A stretch of 45,582 bases of DNA from Bacteroidales bacterium (GTDB lineage: Bacteria > Bacteroidota > Bacteroidia > Bacteroidales > VadinHA17). The DNA is taken from positions 1 through 45,582 of the forward strand of contig JADGPT010000002.1 of the NCBI GenBank assembly GCA_017882345.1, given 5' to 3'. A model generated the notes under the pieces. That model was given only the letters and a program-made list of their open reading frames with translations, had not been told where the DNA came from and did not search any database. Positions 17,181-27,261 of this stretch are shown one piece after another. Made by a program: the position numbers and the translations under genes. Each line of letters starts with the position of its first letter. Position 1 is the first letter of the stretch.

Positions 17181-18182
17181 ATGAAACAAGCCTCCTTATT
17201 AATAATGATAATCCTTTTGCTATACTGGAGTTGTAGCAATGAATCAACGAGGAAAAATAATAAAGCGGTTAAGATCATTTTCGATACTGATTTAGGCCCT
17301 GATTATGACGATGTTGGCGCACTTGCATTTCTACATGCTATGGCAGATAGCGGAAAAGCAGAGATACTGGCAACGGTTTCGTCAAATAAACATGCTTTGG
17401 TCGCTCCTTCAATAAATGTTATCAATACTTATTTTGGAAGAGGTGAGTTGCCTGTTGGTGCACCAAAAACTATTGGGGTCAATCTTGGATCATCGCAACA
17501 CTGGGCAGATTCAATTGTTAAAAAGTATCCTCATTCAATAAAATCCACCGCTGAAGTTGCCGATGCTGTTGATATTTACAGAAAAATACTAAGTAATGAA
17601 GCGGATAATAGTGTTACAATTGTTACAGTAGGTTTTTTGACTAACCTTAACAATCTTCTTAAGTCAAAACCGGATAATATTTCTCATCTCACAGGGAAAG
17701 AGCTTGTAATCAGGAAAGTAAAAAGGTTAATCTCAATGGCAGGAAAGTTTCCTGAAGGGAAGGAGTTCAATATCTACATGGATTCTGTGGCCTCAAAATT
17801 TGTGTATGAAAACTGGCCCGGAGAGATCATTTTTACCGGCTTCGAGATTGGTGCTGAAATTCATACCGGCTTAAAACTGATAAAAGCTGATATACAAAAC
17901 AGTCCTGTAAAAGATGTATTCCGGATAAGCATTCCTCTTTCAGCAGAAGACAAAGAGGGTAGAATGAGCTGGGACGAAACAGCTGTCCTTATTGGGGTAT
18001 ATGGGACAAATGGCTTCTTCGATACAGTCAGAGGGCAAATTATTGTTAATCCTGATGGAAGTAATACCTGGGAAAATAACCCTGCCGGGAAACAAATTTA
18101 TGTGAAACAAAAAATGCCTGTATCTCAAATGAGTATATTTATTGAAGAGAGAATGATGCATCAACCTATTTCAAAAAAATAA
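17181..18182 (+). CDS. Lipoprotein nucleoside hydrolase family protein (inosine-uridine-preferring-like)
   Basis: Lipoprotein signal MKQASLLIMIILLLYWSC. N-terminal aspartate cluster IIFDTDLGPDYDDVGAL, which is the DxDxxxDD-type motif with a small insert. It starts 10 nt after rbsK. Confidence 0.7.
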   Translation: MKQASLLIMIILLLYWSCSNESTRKNNKAVKIIFDTDLGPDYDDVGALAFLHAMADSGKAEILATVSSNKHALVAPSINVINTYFGRGELPVGAPKTIGVNLGSSQHWADSIVKKYPHSIKSTAEVADAVDIYRKILSNEADNSVTIVTVGFLTNLNNLLKSKPDNISHLTGKELVIRKVKRLISMAGKFPEGKEFNIYMDSVASKFVYENWPGEIIFTGFEIGAEIHTGLKLIKADIQNSPVKDVFRISIPLSAEDKEGRMSWDETAVLIGVYGTNGFFDTVRGQIIVNPDGSNTWENNPAGKQIYVKQKMPVSQMSIFIEERMMHQPISKK

Positions 18183-18200
18183 GTTATTAAATTTATACCT

Positions 18201-19820
18201 ATGAAAAAGACTTATGTCCTACTATTATTATCATCACTGATACTGATCATTTCTTCATGTAAAAACTCAACAAACGATTTCAGGACTATAACGCCTGAGG
18301 TTCTTAAAGATAAGATAGCAGGTGGATGGGCTGGTAAGATGATAGGCGTTACCTATGGTGCTCCTACAGAATTCAGAGCACAGAGTAAAATTTTTGGAGA
18401 TTCAATAATGTGGAAGCCCGCTGATATTAAGGGAAGTTTGTGGCAGGACGATATATATGTTCAGCTTACGTTCCTGATGTCAATGGATAAGTATGGTCTT
18501 GAGGCACCTGCAAAAAAATTCCAGGAGATGTTCGCAAAAGCCGGATATCCATTGTGGCATGCCAATATGCAGGCCAGAAAGAACTACTATGACAGTATAT
18601 TTGTCCCTGCTTCCGGCAGTCCGGAATATAATCTCCATGCAGATGATATTGATTTTCAGATTGAAGCAGACTATATTGGATTCATGTGTCCGGGTATGCC
18701 TAATACAGCCTCAGCAATTGCAGAAAAGATCGGCCATATCATGAACTATGGAGATGGAGTATATGGCGGTATATTTGTTGCAGCACTCTACTCTGAGGCA
18801 TTTTTTGATTCAGATATTCTTCAGATAATTGAAAAAGCGCTTAGATCTATACCGGCAGAAAGTGACTACTTTAAAATCATTAAGGATGTAATTAAGCTTC
18901 ATCAGCAATATCCTTCTGACTGGAAGGTCGCCTGGAAAGAGCTTGAAGCCAAATGGGGTGATGTAGATATTTGCGGTGCTGGTTCAACCTTCAATATTGA
19001 TGCGAAGTTGAATGGAGCATATATAGTTATGGGGTTATTGTATGGGGAAGGCGATCCCATGAAAACCCTTGAAATAACCACCCGTTGTGGCCAGGATTCT
19101 GACTGCAATCCTTCAAATGCAATGGCAGTTCTCGGTGTAATAAAAGGATTCAGCGGTTTACCGCCAAATATGCAGAGCGGTGTAAAATCAATGGGTGATT
19201 CGATTTTTATAAATACAACTTACTCCTTTAATTCTGCCGTAGTAAGTTCCGACAAATATGCACATGATCTTATCCTCAGGAATGGCGGAAATATAAATGA
19301 TTCGAAAATTATGATTATGACCCAGACCCCGCTCGCTCCTGTTCCAGAGGTATCTTTTCCGAATGTGGTGTTTGATAAGACAGTATCGGTCTTTGAAGGG
19401 TCAGGATGGAAATTTAAGGGTGACTGGAAACCTCTCGAGATAACTTCAGATAAAGATAAAAAGATCACGAAACAGTCTATGTATGCAGAAAAGGCTGGCG
19501 ACGAGATTGTTATTGATTTCACCGGGACAGGGATTTCAATTGAAGGCAACTGGTTTAAAGACGGCGGTAAAGCAGATATCTATGTTGACGGAAATCTACA
19601 TCGTAAAATCGATACTTACTATAATTTTGCGAATCAGCAACATACGGTAAGTATCTGGCACGTTCTGAATCTTCGGCCAGGGGATCATAAGGTCAGAATT
19701 ATTGTAAAGGGTGAAAAACGGCCTGAATCTGTAGGAACGAGGGTTTATATTACCTCCATGACAATTTTTAAAACAGCGCCAAAGAAAAATGAAGAATATA
19801 GATTTTCTTTTGAAAAGTAA
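18201..19820 (+). CDS. Lipoprotein ADP-ribosylglycohydrolase-family enzyme with a C-terminal beta-sandwich (CBM-like) domain
   Basis: Lipoprotein signal MKKTYVLLLLSSLILIISSC. ARH-type N-terminus (IAGGWAGKMIGVTYGAPTEF) and the acidic metal-site motif TRCGQDSDCNPSNAMAVLG. An extra roughly 150 aa follows (nt ~19365-19820): IDFTGTGISIEGNWFKDGGKADIYVDGNLH...LRPGDHKVRIIVKG. It starts 18 nt after the nucleoside hydrolase gene. Confidence 0.7.
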   Translation: MKKTYVLLLLSSLILIISSCKNSTNDFRTITPEVLKDKIAGGWAGKMIGVTYGAPTEFRAQSKIFGDSIMWKPADIKGSLWQDDIYVQLTFLMSMDKYGLEAPAKKFQEMFAKAGYPLWHANMQARKNYYDSIFVPASGSPEYNLHADDIDFQIEADYIGFMCPGMPNTASAIAEKIGHIMNYGDGVYGGIFVAALYSEAFFDSDILQIIEKALRSIPAESDYFKIIKDVIKLHQQYPSDWKVAWKELEAKWGDVDICGAGSTFNIDAKLNGAYIVMGLLYGEGDPMKTLEITTRCGQDSDCNPSNAMAVLGVIKGFSGLPPNMQSGVKSMGDSIFINTTYSFNSAVVSSDKYAHDLILRNGGNINDSKIMIMTQTPLAPVPEVSFPNVVFDKTVSVFEGSGWKFKGDWKPLEITSDKDKKITKQSMYAEKAGDEIVIDFTGTGISIEGNWFKDGGKADIYVDGNLHRKIDTYYNFANQQHTVSIWHVLNLRPGDHKVRIIVKGEKRPESVGTRVYITSMTIFKTAPKKNEEYRFSFEK

Positions 19821-19920
19821 CATAATAAAAATCTCAATTCATTTACGATCTATCTGTGAAGATCTGCGTGATCAGCGGTAAACAAATAAAATTTCCACAG
19901 ATTGCTCTGATTGATTTATA

Positions 19921-19960
19921 CTTTTTACTTTTATCTTTTTACTTTTATCTTTTATCTTAT
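19921..19960 (+). repeat. Pyrimidine-rich tandem direct repeat (14-nt unit, about 2.8 copies) just upstream of the permease ATG
   Basis: CTTTTTACTTTTAT occurs at 19921-19934 and again at 19935-19948. A degenerate CTTTTATCTTAT follows at 19949-19960, ending 5 nt before the ATG at 19966. Confidence 0.8.
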
Positions 19961-19965
19961 ATACT

Positions 19966-20964
19966 ATGTTTATTCCACAAAGTTATACACTGGCAATAAT
20001 TCTCTGTATTATAACAATGATCTGCTGGGGTTCGTGGGGGAATACCCAAAAGCTTACTGGTAAATCATGGCGATTTGAACTGTTTTACTGGGATTATGTT
20101 CTGGGTATTGTGCTGTTTTCGCTGTTACTCGGTTTTACTCTCGGGAGCACGGGTGATAGTGGACGGGGTTTTGTTCAGGACATAAGACAAGCGGAAACAC
20201 ATAATATTCTAAATGCTATGATTGGAGGCGTAATTTTTAACGCATCCAACATTTTACTGGTAGCCGCTATGGCAATTGCCGGAATGGCAGTCGCATTTCC
20301 GGTTGGGATTGGTATCGCTCTGGCTCTGGGAGTTATTATCAATTACGTTTATTCACCGCAAGGTAATGCAAGCTTACTTTTCGGTGGTGTTTCTTTGATT
20401 GTTGTAGCGATAATCATAGATGCTGTAGCCTATAAAAAGCATAGCCTGTCGTTAAAGAAAATTTCGGGAAAAGGAATTACCCTTTCAATTTCAGCAGGTA
20501 TTCTAATGGCTCTTTTCTACCGTTTCGTAGCAAGTTCAATGGTAACGAGTTTTGATTCGCCGGAACCAGGTAAGCTCACTCCTTACACAGCAATATTCTT
20601 TTTTTCAATTGGTGTCCTTCTCAGCAATTTTCTATTCAACTACCTGATAATGAAACGACCGTTTGAAGGGAATCCTCTCTCTTTTAAAGATTATGCTAAA
20701 GGCAGTTTTGAGGCCCACCTTAATGGAGTTATGGGAGGAGTAATCTGGAACATAGGAATGTCAATGAGTATTATTGCTTCAGGAAAAGCCGGATTTGCTA
20801 TTTCTTATGGATTAGGACAGGGTGCTACACTTATTGCCGCATTGTGGGGTGTGTTTATATGGAAAGAATTCAAAGGAGCTTCAAAATCAGTTAATACCCT
20901 TATTTTTATGATGTTCATTGCCTACCTCGCAGGTTTGTCCCTGTTGGTTTATGCAGGGACCTGA
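19966..20964 (+). CDS. GRP-family (glucose/ribose porter, RbsU/GlcU-like) sugar permease
   Basis: The 332 aa protein has about 10 hydrophobic helices in two halves separated by a short charged loop (KKHSLSLKKISGK). The N-terminal WGSWGNTQK motif is typical of the PF06800-type sugar transport family. Confidence 0.65.
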   Translation: MFIPQSYTLAIILCIITMICWGSWGNTQKLTGKSWRFELFYWDYVLGIVLFSLLLGFTLGSTGDSGRGFVQDIRQAETHNILNAMIGGVIFNASNILLVAAMAIAGMAVAFPVGIGIALALGVIINYVYSPQGNASLLFGGVSLIVVAIIIDAVAYKKHSLSLKKISGKGITLSISAGILMALFYRFVASSMVTSFDSPEPGKLTPYTAIFFFSIGVLLSNFLFNYLIMKRPFEGNPLSFKDYAKGSFEAHLNGVMGGVIWNIGMSMSIIASGKAGFAISYGLGQGATLIAALWGVFIWKEFKGASKSVNTLIFMMFIAYLAGLSLLVYAGT

Positions 20965-20982
20965 TCATTTTAACTTTCTTTG

Positions 20983-22335
20983 TTACATCAGGTCCTTTTC
21001 AAAGGCCTCCTTATTGAATTTATACTTATTATCCAGAAACTCAATGATCTTAAAAGTATCCGCGTAGGCATTTCCCAAACATGTTGAAGCACCCGGTGAA
21101 GGAGTTATATTAAAAATAATTTTTTCACCTGAAAGTTTTGCCTCACCCATTTCAAGTTTCCTGGTGGTATTATTTACTATCTGTGGCCGTGTACCACCAA
21201 TCCCTTTGGCATATTGTAGTTCTTTTAATTTCAGCAATGGTACTATTTTTCTTACCTCTCTTATAAAAAGACGCTTACCTATAAATGGTAAATCATAAAG
21301 AAAATTTATAAAAATGTAGCTTAAGAGAACCTTATCAGATATAATTTTAAGAAGGCTAAGTATAGGACTCAATCCCAGTCCAAAGGTTTTCCAGTACTCT
21401 GAGAATGTTGACATATTATGCCTTTCCAGTTGGAATATTGGTTTTGCTGTCGGACCGAACCTGGTTATTTGCGCGCTATGCACCTCAGGATCACCATGAA
21501 TAGCAGCGAAAGGGAGTTTTGGTACCTGTATTGTATATACTTTACCATTAAGCACTTTTGGAGCTGTATAAAAGCTTCCTGCCATTGATAATATGGCTAA
21601 GTTCTTTCCATAGCCGAGAGACTTTGCAATCATCAGACTATGACCTCCGGCGGCAATCATAACTACTGAGGACCTGAACTCACCCTTGTCAGTTAAAACA
21701 GTATAGTGATCTTCATTTTTCGAGATCTTTATAAGTTTCGTATCAAGATGAATATCTAAAGCAGGATTTTTCCTCAGGGCGTTCTCTACAAATGAATGAC
21801 AAAGTCTTTTATAATCAACCGAATAGCCATCTTCTGTAGCCAGGGCGAGTATTTCCTGTCCCGGATCTCTTCCCTCAAGTACCCTTGGTTCTATTTTCCC
21901 GATCTCATCTCTATCTATCATTCTCAATTTTGGATAAAGCTCACTGAACGCAGGATATCTCTTTTTCAGTTCCTGAACCTGACTCGCACCTACCGCTAGC
22001 ACCATTTTGGAATATTTGCTGAATAACTTAAGATCGTTATCGGCCTGTTTTGCATTTTCAATATACCTCATAACCATATCTGCCATCTGCTTCACACTTC
22101 TGGCTTTATCAATAGAGTAGTTAGTCTCTATGTCGCCGAAATGAAGAGTCTGGCTGTTATTATAAGACGCAGAGTTTACAAGGCCAAAGTCGGAATATTT
22201 TTCAATTAGTCCGATACTTTTTATGTCTGTGTATTTACTTAAAGTATAGAATAAAGCAGTTCCGACAACACCGCCTCCAACAATAAGTACATCATACCTG
22301 GGAATTGTTTCGTTCATTTTGTTATTCTCTCGCAT
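20983..22335 (-). CDS. mqo: FAD-dependent malate:quinone oxidoreductase-like protein
   Basis: FAD motif YDVLIVGGGVVGTA. The Mqo-like segment NSASYNNSQTLHFGDIETNYS resembles the [21 protein letters not shown] block of Mqo. The start may be the second ATG at 22317. The first ATG overlaps the gltA stop by 14 nt. Confidence 0.6.
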   Translation of the reverse strand: MRENNKMNETIPRYDVLIVGGGVVGTALFYTLSKYTDIKSIGLIEKYSDFGLVNSASYNNSQTLHFGDIETNYSIDKARSVKQMADMVMRYIENAKQADNDLKLFSKYSKMVLAVGASQVQELKKRYPAFSELYPKLRMIDRDEIGKIEPRVLEGRDPGQEILALATEDGYSVDYKRLCHSFVENALRKNPALDIHLDTKLIKISKNEDHYTVLTDKGEFRSSVVMIAAGGHSLMIAKSLGYGKNLAILSMAGSFYTAPKVLNGKVYTIQVPKLPFAAIHGDPEVHSAQITRFGPTAKPIFQLERHNMSTFSEYWKTFGLGLSPILSLLKIISDKVLLSYIFINFLYDLPFIGKRLFIREVRKIVPLLKLKELQYAKGIGGTRPQIVNNTTRKLEMGEAKLSGEKIIFNITPSPGASTCLGNAYADTFKIIEFLDNKYKFNKEAFEKDLM

Positions 22336-23692
22336 TTAATGGAATATATTCGTGTTTGCCATAGACATTTTTAAATGCAGGCCTGATGATCCTTTTTGCC
22401 GAAAAGGTCAGTTCCTCAATACGATGCGTACACCATCCTGAAACTCTTGCAATTGCAAAAAGTGGTGTGTAAAGCTCCTTTGAGATATCAAGACAAGCAT
22501 AAACAAAACCGGAATAAAAATCAACATTAATACATACCACTTTAGTCGATTTTTCTCCTTTAAACACTCTGAAAACTTCAGGAGTGAGTCTCTCAACCAA
22601 TGCATAAAGTTCAAATTCATCAAGACGACCTTTTTCAATTGCAAGCTCTCGTGCTTTTGTCTTTAAAATTGCAGCTCTGGGATCTGAAATAGTATAAACG
22701 GCATGCCCTATTCCATATATCTTACCTGATAAATCATTAGCCTTTTTATTAAGAATTCTTAGAAGATGTTGTTTTACTTCTTCCTCATCAGTCCAGTCTT
22801 TTATATGAATTTTCATATCTTCCATCATTTCCAGCACTCTCACATTTGCTCCCCCATGTAATGGTCCTTTTAATGAACCGATTGCAGAAGTTACAGAAGA
22901 ATAAATATCGGTTTCAGAGGAACTGGTCACCCTCATAGTAAAAGTGGAATTATTACCACCTCCATGTTCCGCGTGAAGAACAAGCATGAGATCGAGCAGA
23001 TCTGCTTCAAGCTTGGTAAAACCTTTACAATCACCTTTAATTAAATAGAGAAAATTTTCAGCCGGGCTCAGGTTAGCCTGTGGATGACGGATTGACAGAG
23101 TCTTTCCCTTGAAAAGGTGCCTGAGCGCCTGATATGAATATGCAACAATAGTCGGAAATTTTGCAATAATATTTAAGGATTGTTTAATCATGTTATCAAG
23201 AGAGATGCTATCCGGGTTTTCATCAAGAGTGTATAGTCCAAGTACCGACCTTGCAAGAATATTAAGGACATCTTTACCTTTCATAGATAATATCATATCT
23301 TTAACGAAATCGTCAGGAAGGGCTCTTAATGATCCCATATATTCAGAAAAATCAGCAAGTTCTTTCTTACCTGGCAAATGTCCGGTTAATAACAGGAATA
23401 CAGTTTCATCAAAACCATGACGATTCTCTTTCTGGAATCCCTTAGTTATATCTTCTATATCTATCCCCCTGTACAATAATTTTCCCGGAATAGCAACCAC
23501 CTTTCCATCTTCCTTTTTATATCCTACAACATCGCCAATATTTGTCAACCCCACTAAAACGCCTGTTCCATCTTTGTTTCTTAAACCACGCTTCACCTCA
23601 TATTCTTCAAAGAGGGCAGTATCAATCTGACATGAAGCTCTTACAGACTCCTCCAGTTTTGCAAAATAAGTATTGTCTTCCATAAAAAACAA
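22322..23692 (-). CDS. gltA: Citrate synthase
   Basis: Motifs GPLHGGANVRVLEM, IYGIGHAVYTISDPRA and VDFYSG. The start is possibly the ATG at 23683 (MEDNTYFAKLE). Confidence 0.9.
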   Translation of the reverse strand: MFFMEDNTYFAKLEESVRASCQIDTALFEEYEVKRGLRNKDGTGVLVGLTNIGDVVGYKKEDGKVVAIPGKLLYRGIDIEDITKGFQKENRHGFDETVFLLLTGHLPGKKELADFSEYMGSLRALPDDFVKDMILSMKGKDVLNILARSVLGLYTLDENPDSISLDNMIKQSLNIIAKFPTIVAYSYQALRHLFKGKTLSIRHPQANLSPAENFLYLIKGDCKGFTKLEADLLDLMLVLHAEHGGGNNSTFTMRVTSSSETDIYSSVTSAIGSLKGPLHGGANVRVLEMMEDMKIHIKDWTDEEEVKQHLLRILNKKANDLSGKIYGIGHAVYTISDPRAAILKTKARELAIEKGRLDEFELYALVERLTPEVFRVFKGEKSTKVVCINVDFYSGFVYACLDISKELYTPLFAIARVSGWCTHRIEELTFSAKRIIRPAFKNVYGKHEYIPLNARE

Positions 23693-23705
23693 GATTTTAT
23701 AATGT

Positions 23706-24974
23706 TTAAGATATTATATTAGAGATTATTGCATCTGCGAATTCGGAGGTTTTCAATAGGGTCGCATTTTCCATCAACCTGTGAAAATCGTAAGTGACCT
23801 TCTTACTTTGTATAGTACGCTCCAATCCTGAATAAATACTTTCAGCAACTTTGGTCCATCCCATATAATCAAACATCAGGGCTCCTGAAAGAATCACAGA
23901 ACCAGGATTGACTTTATCCTGATCTGCATATTTCGGTGCAGTCCCGTGTGTTGCTTCAAATATTGCATGACCGCTCTCAAAATTGATATTTGCACCTGGG
24001 GCGATCCCTATTCCGCCAACAATAGCTGCCAGAGCATCAGAGATATAGTCACCGTTCAGATTCAATGTAGCAATTACTGAATATTCCTCTGGCCGGGTCA
24101 GTATCTGTTGCAGAAATGCATCTGCAATGACATCTTTGATTATAACCTTTCCTTCAGATTCAGCATTTTTCAGCAGCTCATCTGCAACCTTCAAACCTTG
24201 CTTTTCTGATATTTGTTTATGCTGTGACCATGTAAAAACATCTTTCCCGAATTCTCTTTCGGCCAAAGCATATCCCCACTTCATGAAAGACCCCTCAGTA
24301 AACTTCATGATGTTCCCCTTATGAACAATAGTCACTGAAGGCAATTTCTTGTTTATTGCATATTTTATTGCCTGTCTTACAAGACGTTCTGTTCCTTCTA
24401 CCGATACAGGTTTTATTCCGATTGATGACGTTTTTGGGAACCTGATAGATTTAACACCCATTTCGTCGATAAGAAATTTTTTTATCTTTTCTGTTTCCGG
24501 TTTTCCATTCATAAACTCAATACCCGAATAGATATCCTCAGTATTTTCCCTGAATATATGCATATTTACTTTTTCAGGATTTTTAACCGGGCTGGGCACT
24601 CCGGTAAAATACCTGACTGGTCTGTAGCAGGTATAGAGGTCGAGAATCTGGCGCAAGGCTACATTTAATGATCGCATGCCTTCTCCTACAGGTGTGGTAA
24701 GCGGACCTTTAATTCCAACAAGGTATTCCCTGAAACTTGACAATGTCTCTTCCGGCATCCAGTTTCCGGTTTGTTTAAAAGCTTTTCCACCCGCGAGAAC
24801 CTCTTTCCAGATTATTTTCCTCTTCCCATTATAAGATTTCCTGACAGCTGCATCAAATACGCGGACTGATGCTTTCCAGATATCGGGGCCGGTTCCGTCC
24901 CCTTCAATAAAAGGGATAACCGGATTCTCAGGTACGATTAATTTCCCGTCAATCAATTTAATTTTTTCAGACAT
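23706..24974 (-). CDS. icd: NADP-dependent isocitrate dehydrogenase
   Basis: [17 protein letters not shown] (the phospho-serine loop context of bacterial Icd), [13 protein letters not shown] and [18 protein letters not shown]. The 422 aa gene starts 8 nt inside the aconitase gene end (ATGTCTGA overlap). Confidence 0.9.
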   Translation of the reverse strand: MSEKIKLIDGKLIVPENPVIPFIEGDGTGPDIWKASVRVFDAAVRKSYNGKRKIIWKEVLAGGKAFKQTGNWMPEETLSSFREYLVGIKGPLTTPVGEGMRSLNVALRQILDLYTCYRPVRYFTGVPSPVKNPEKVNMHIFRENTEDIYSGIEFMNGKPETEKIKKFLIDEMGVKSIRFPKTSSIGIKPVSVEGTERLVRQAIKYAINKKLPSVTIVHKGNIMKFTEGSFMKWGYALAEREFGKDVFTWSQHKQISEKQGLKVADELLKNAESEGKVIIKDVIADAFLQQILTRPEEYSVIATLNLNGDYISDALAAIVGGIGIAPGANINFESGHAIFEATHGTAPKYADQDKVNPGSVILSGALMFDYMGWTKVAESIYSGLERTIQSKKVTYDFHRLMENATLLKTSEFADAIISNIIS

Positions 24975-27240
24975 TTTTATTTTTTGATTTTCTAATAATA
25001 TTTAAAGCGCTTCCCGCTTTAAACCATTCAATCTGTGATTCATTATAAGAGTGGATAGACTGGAATTTCTCTTTTGTCCCATCGGAATGAGTCAGTGTGA
25101 CAGTCAGCTGGCTCTCCGGTGCAAAATTGGCCAGACCGGTTATATCGATTTTGTCATCCTCTTTAATCTTGTTATAGTCATCCTTGTTCAGGAAGGTTAA
25201 TGGTAATACACCCTGCTTTTTAAGATTAGTCTCGTGAATTCTTGCGAATGATTTAACCAGTACAACTTTTACACCGAGGAATCTGGGTTCCATTGCTGCA
25301 TGTTCGCGTGAAGATCCTTCGCCAAAATTTTCTTCACCTACTACTGCAGATCCTGATCCTGAATCACGGTATGCTCTGGCGATATGTGGCACTGTGTCGT
25401 ACGACCCGGTTAATTGATTTAAGATGCTATTTGTCTGATCATTAAAATAATTCACAGCGCCAATCATGTAATTCCCGGAGATATTTTCGAGATGTCCCCG
25501 GTATTTTAACCAGAAGCCTGCCATTGATATATGGTCGGTAGTGCACTTTCCCTTTGCTTTTATCAGCAATGGGAGACTTAAAAAGTCGTGTCCATCCCAC
25601 GCTTTGAAAGGAGTAAGAAATTGTAGCCTGTCTGAACCGGTGGCAATTATTATCTTCTCCACATTCTTTCCATGAACTGGTTTCTGATATCCTGATTCGA
25701 CATTGCCAAACCCTTCCGGTGGAAGTTCCAAACCAGTCGGTTCTGCTAATATCACCTCTTTTCCCTCAGAATTTATAAGGGTATCAGTTATCGGATTGAA
25801 GGTAAGTTTACCTGAAAGTACTATAGCTGTAACTATCTCTGGGGAAGCGACAAATGTGTGGGTATTAGGGTTTCCATCTGCGCGTTTTGAAAAGTTCCTG
25901 TTAAAGGAATGGATAATTGTATTAACTTTTTTATTATCAGCATCTTTACGCGCCCATTGTCCGATACATGGACCACATGCATTTGCAAATACTTCACCAC
26001 CGATTTTTCTGAACAGATCAAGGAAACCATCCCTTTCTGCAATTGACCTGATTTGTTCGGAACCTGGCGTAATCGTGAATTCAGTTCTGGCAACCAGTTT
26101 TTGAGATAAGGCATTTTTTACAACCGATGCTGCCCTTGAAATATCTTCATACGAAGAGTTTGTGCATGAGCCTATAAGTCCGACTTCCACATCTACAGGC
26201 CAGCTATTTTTTACAGCCTCCTCTTTCATACGTGAAATAGGAGTTGCCAGATCGGGTGTAAAGGGGCCATTAATGTAAGGTTCAAGTTCAGAAAGGTTAA
26301 TCTCGAGATACTTATCATAGTATCTTTCAGGATCAGCATATACATCTTTATCAGCAGTAAGGTGATCAATATTCTTAAGAGCCAGATCAGCTACATCTTT
26401 TCTACCTGTTGCAATAAGATACTCTGTCATTGCTTTATCGAAGCCGAAGATTGAACATGTAGCTCCGGTCTCTGCTCCCATGTTACAAATTGTAGCTTTC
26501 CCGGTACATGAAAGTGATTCAGCACCTTCACCGAAATACTCAATAATATTACCGGTACCTCCTTTTACAGTAAGCAAACCGGATATTTTCAAAATAATAT
26601 CTTTTGCGGAAGACCAGCCACTCAGTTTACCTGTTAGTTTTATTCCAATGATTTTTGGAAATTTTAATTCCCATCCCATTCCTGCCAATACATCAACTGC
26701 ATCAGCGCCACCAACACCGATGGCTATCATTCCCAGTCCTCCTGCATTAGGCGTATGTGAGTCCGTTCCGATCATCATCCCTCCGGGAAAAGCATAATTC
26801 TCAAGAACTATCTGATGGATTATACCTGCCCCTGGTTTCCAGAATCCTATTCCATATTTGTTACATACAGAGCTAAGAAATTCATAAACCTCTTTATTAG
26901 TTACTCCGGCTGATTTCAGGTCTGCAACTGCTCCGGATTGTGCAAGAATGAGATGGTCACAATGAACCGAAGCAGGAACAAATGTAGTCTCTTTTCCTGC
27001 CATCATAAATTGCAATATTGCCATCTGTGCCGTAGCATCCTGCATTGCAACCCTGTCGGGCATAAAATCTACGTAATCAACGCCTCTGCTATATGGTTTT
27101 GTTTTATTTTCCGGATAAATATGGCTGAAAAGGATTTTTTCGCTTAATGTTAATGGGTGATTCAGTCTCTTTCTGATTTCCAATATTCGTGAATCCAGTT
27201 TTTTATAGAAAGATTCTATCATTTCAATATCAAATATCAT
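24967..27240 (-). CDS. acnA: Aconitate hydratase, roughly 750 aa mitochondrial-type
   Basis: Motifs [23 protein letters not shown], the Fe-S ligand contexts [11 protein letters not shown] and [11 protein letters not shown], and [10 protein letters not shown]. Its 757 aa length matches the mitochondrial-like aconitase known from Bacteroides. Confidence 0.9.
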   Translation of the reverse strand: MIFDIEMIESFYKKLDSRILEIRKRLNHPLTLSEKILFSHIYPENKTKPYSRGVDYVDFMPDRVAMQDATAQMAILQFMMAGKETTFVPASVHCDHLILAQSGAVADLKSAGVTNKEVYEFLSSVCNKYGIGFWKPGAGIIHQIVLENYAFPGGMMIGTDSHTPNAGGLGMIAIGVGGADAVDVLAGMGWELKFPKIIGIKLTGKLSGWSSAKDIILKISGLLTVKGGTGNIIEYFGEGAESLSCTGKATICNMGAETGATCSIFGFDKAMTEYLIATGRKDVADLALKNIDHLTADKDVYADPERYYDKYLEINLSELEPYINGPFTPDLATPISRMKEEAVKNSWPVDVEVGLIGSCTNSSYEDISRAASVVKNALSQKLVARTEFTITPGSEQIRSIAERDGFLDLFRKIGGEVFANACGPCIGQWARKDADNKKVNTIIHSFNRNFSKRADGNPNTHTFVASPEIVTAIVLSGKLTFNPITDTLINSEGKEVILAEPTGLELPPEGFGNVESGYQKPVHGKNVEKIIIATGSDRLQFLTPFKAWDGHDFLSLPLLIKAKGKCTTDHISMAGFWLKYRGHLENISGNYMIGAVNYFNDQTNSILNQLTGSYDTVPHIARAYRDSGSGSAVVGEENFGEGSSREHAAMEPRFLGVKVVLVKSFARIHETNLKKQGVLPLTFLNKDDYNKIKEDDKIDITGLANFAPESQLTVTLTHSDGTKEKFQSIHSYNESQIEWFKAGSALNIIRKSKNKNV

Positions 27241-27261
27241 AGAGCACTATTTATTAACAGT

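Noticed and set aside
19921-19960. Tandem repeats considered as a possible CRISPR or minisatellite
   Set aside because: The units are 14 nt and directly abutting with no spacers, there are only about 2.8 copies, and no cas genes are present. I report it only as a short tandem repeat.
25703-26104. A 133 aa plus-strand ORF and other antisense ORFs within acnA, icd, gltA and proB (for example 26480..26797, 24127..24324, 23190..23420, 28603..28887)
   Set aside because: These are shadow ORFs opposite highly conserved housekeeping genes. Their Ser/Pro-rich composition is what the reverse frame of coding DNA is expected to give.
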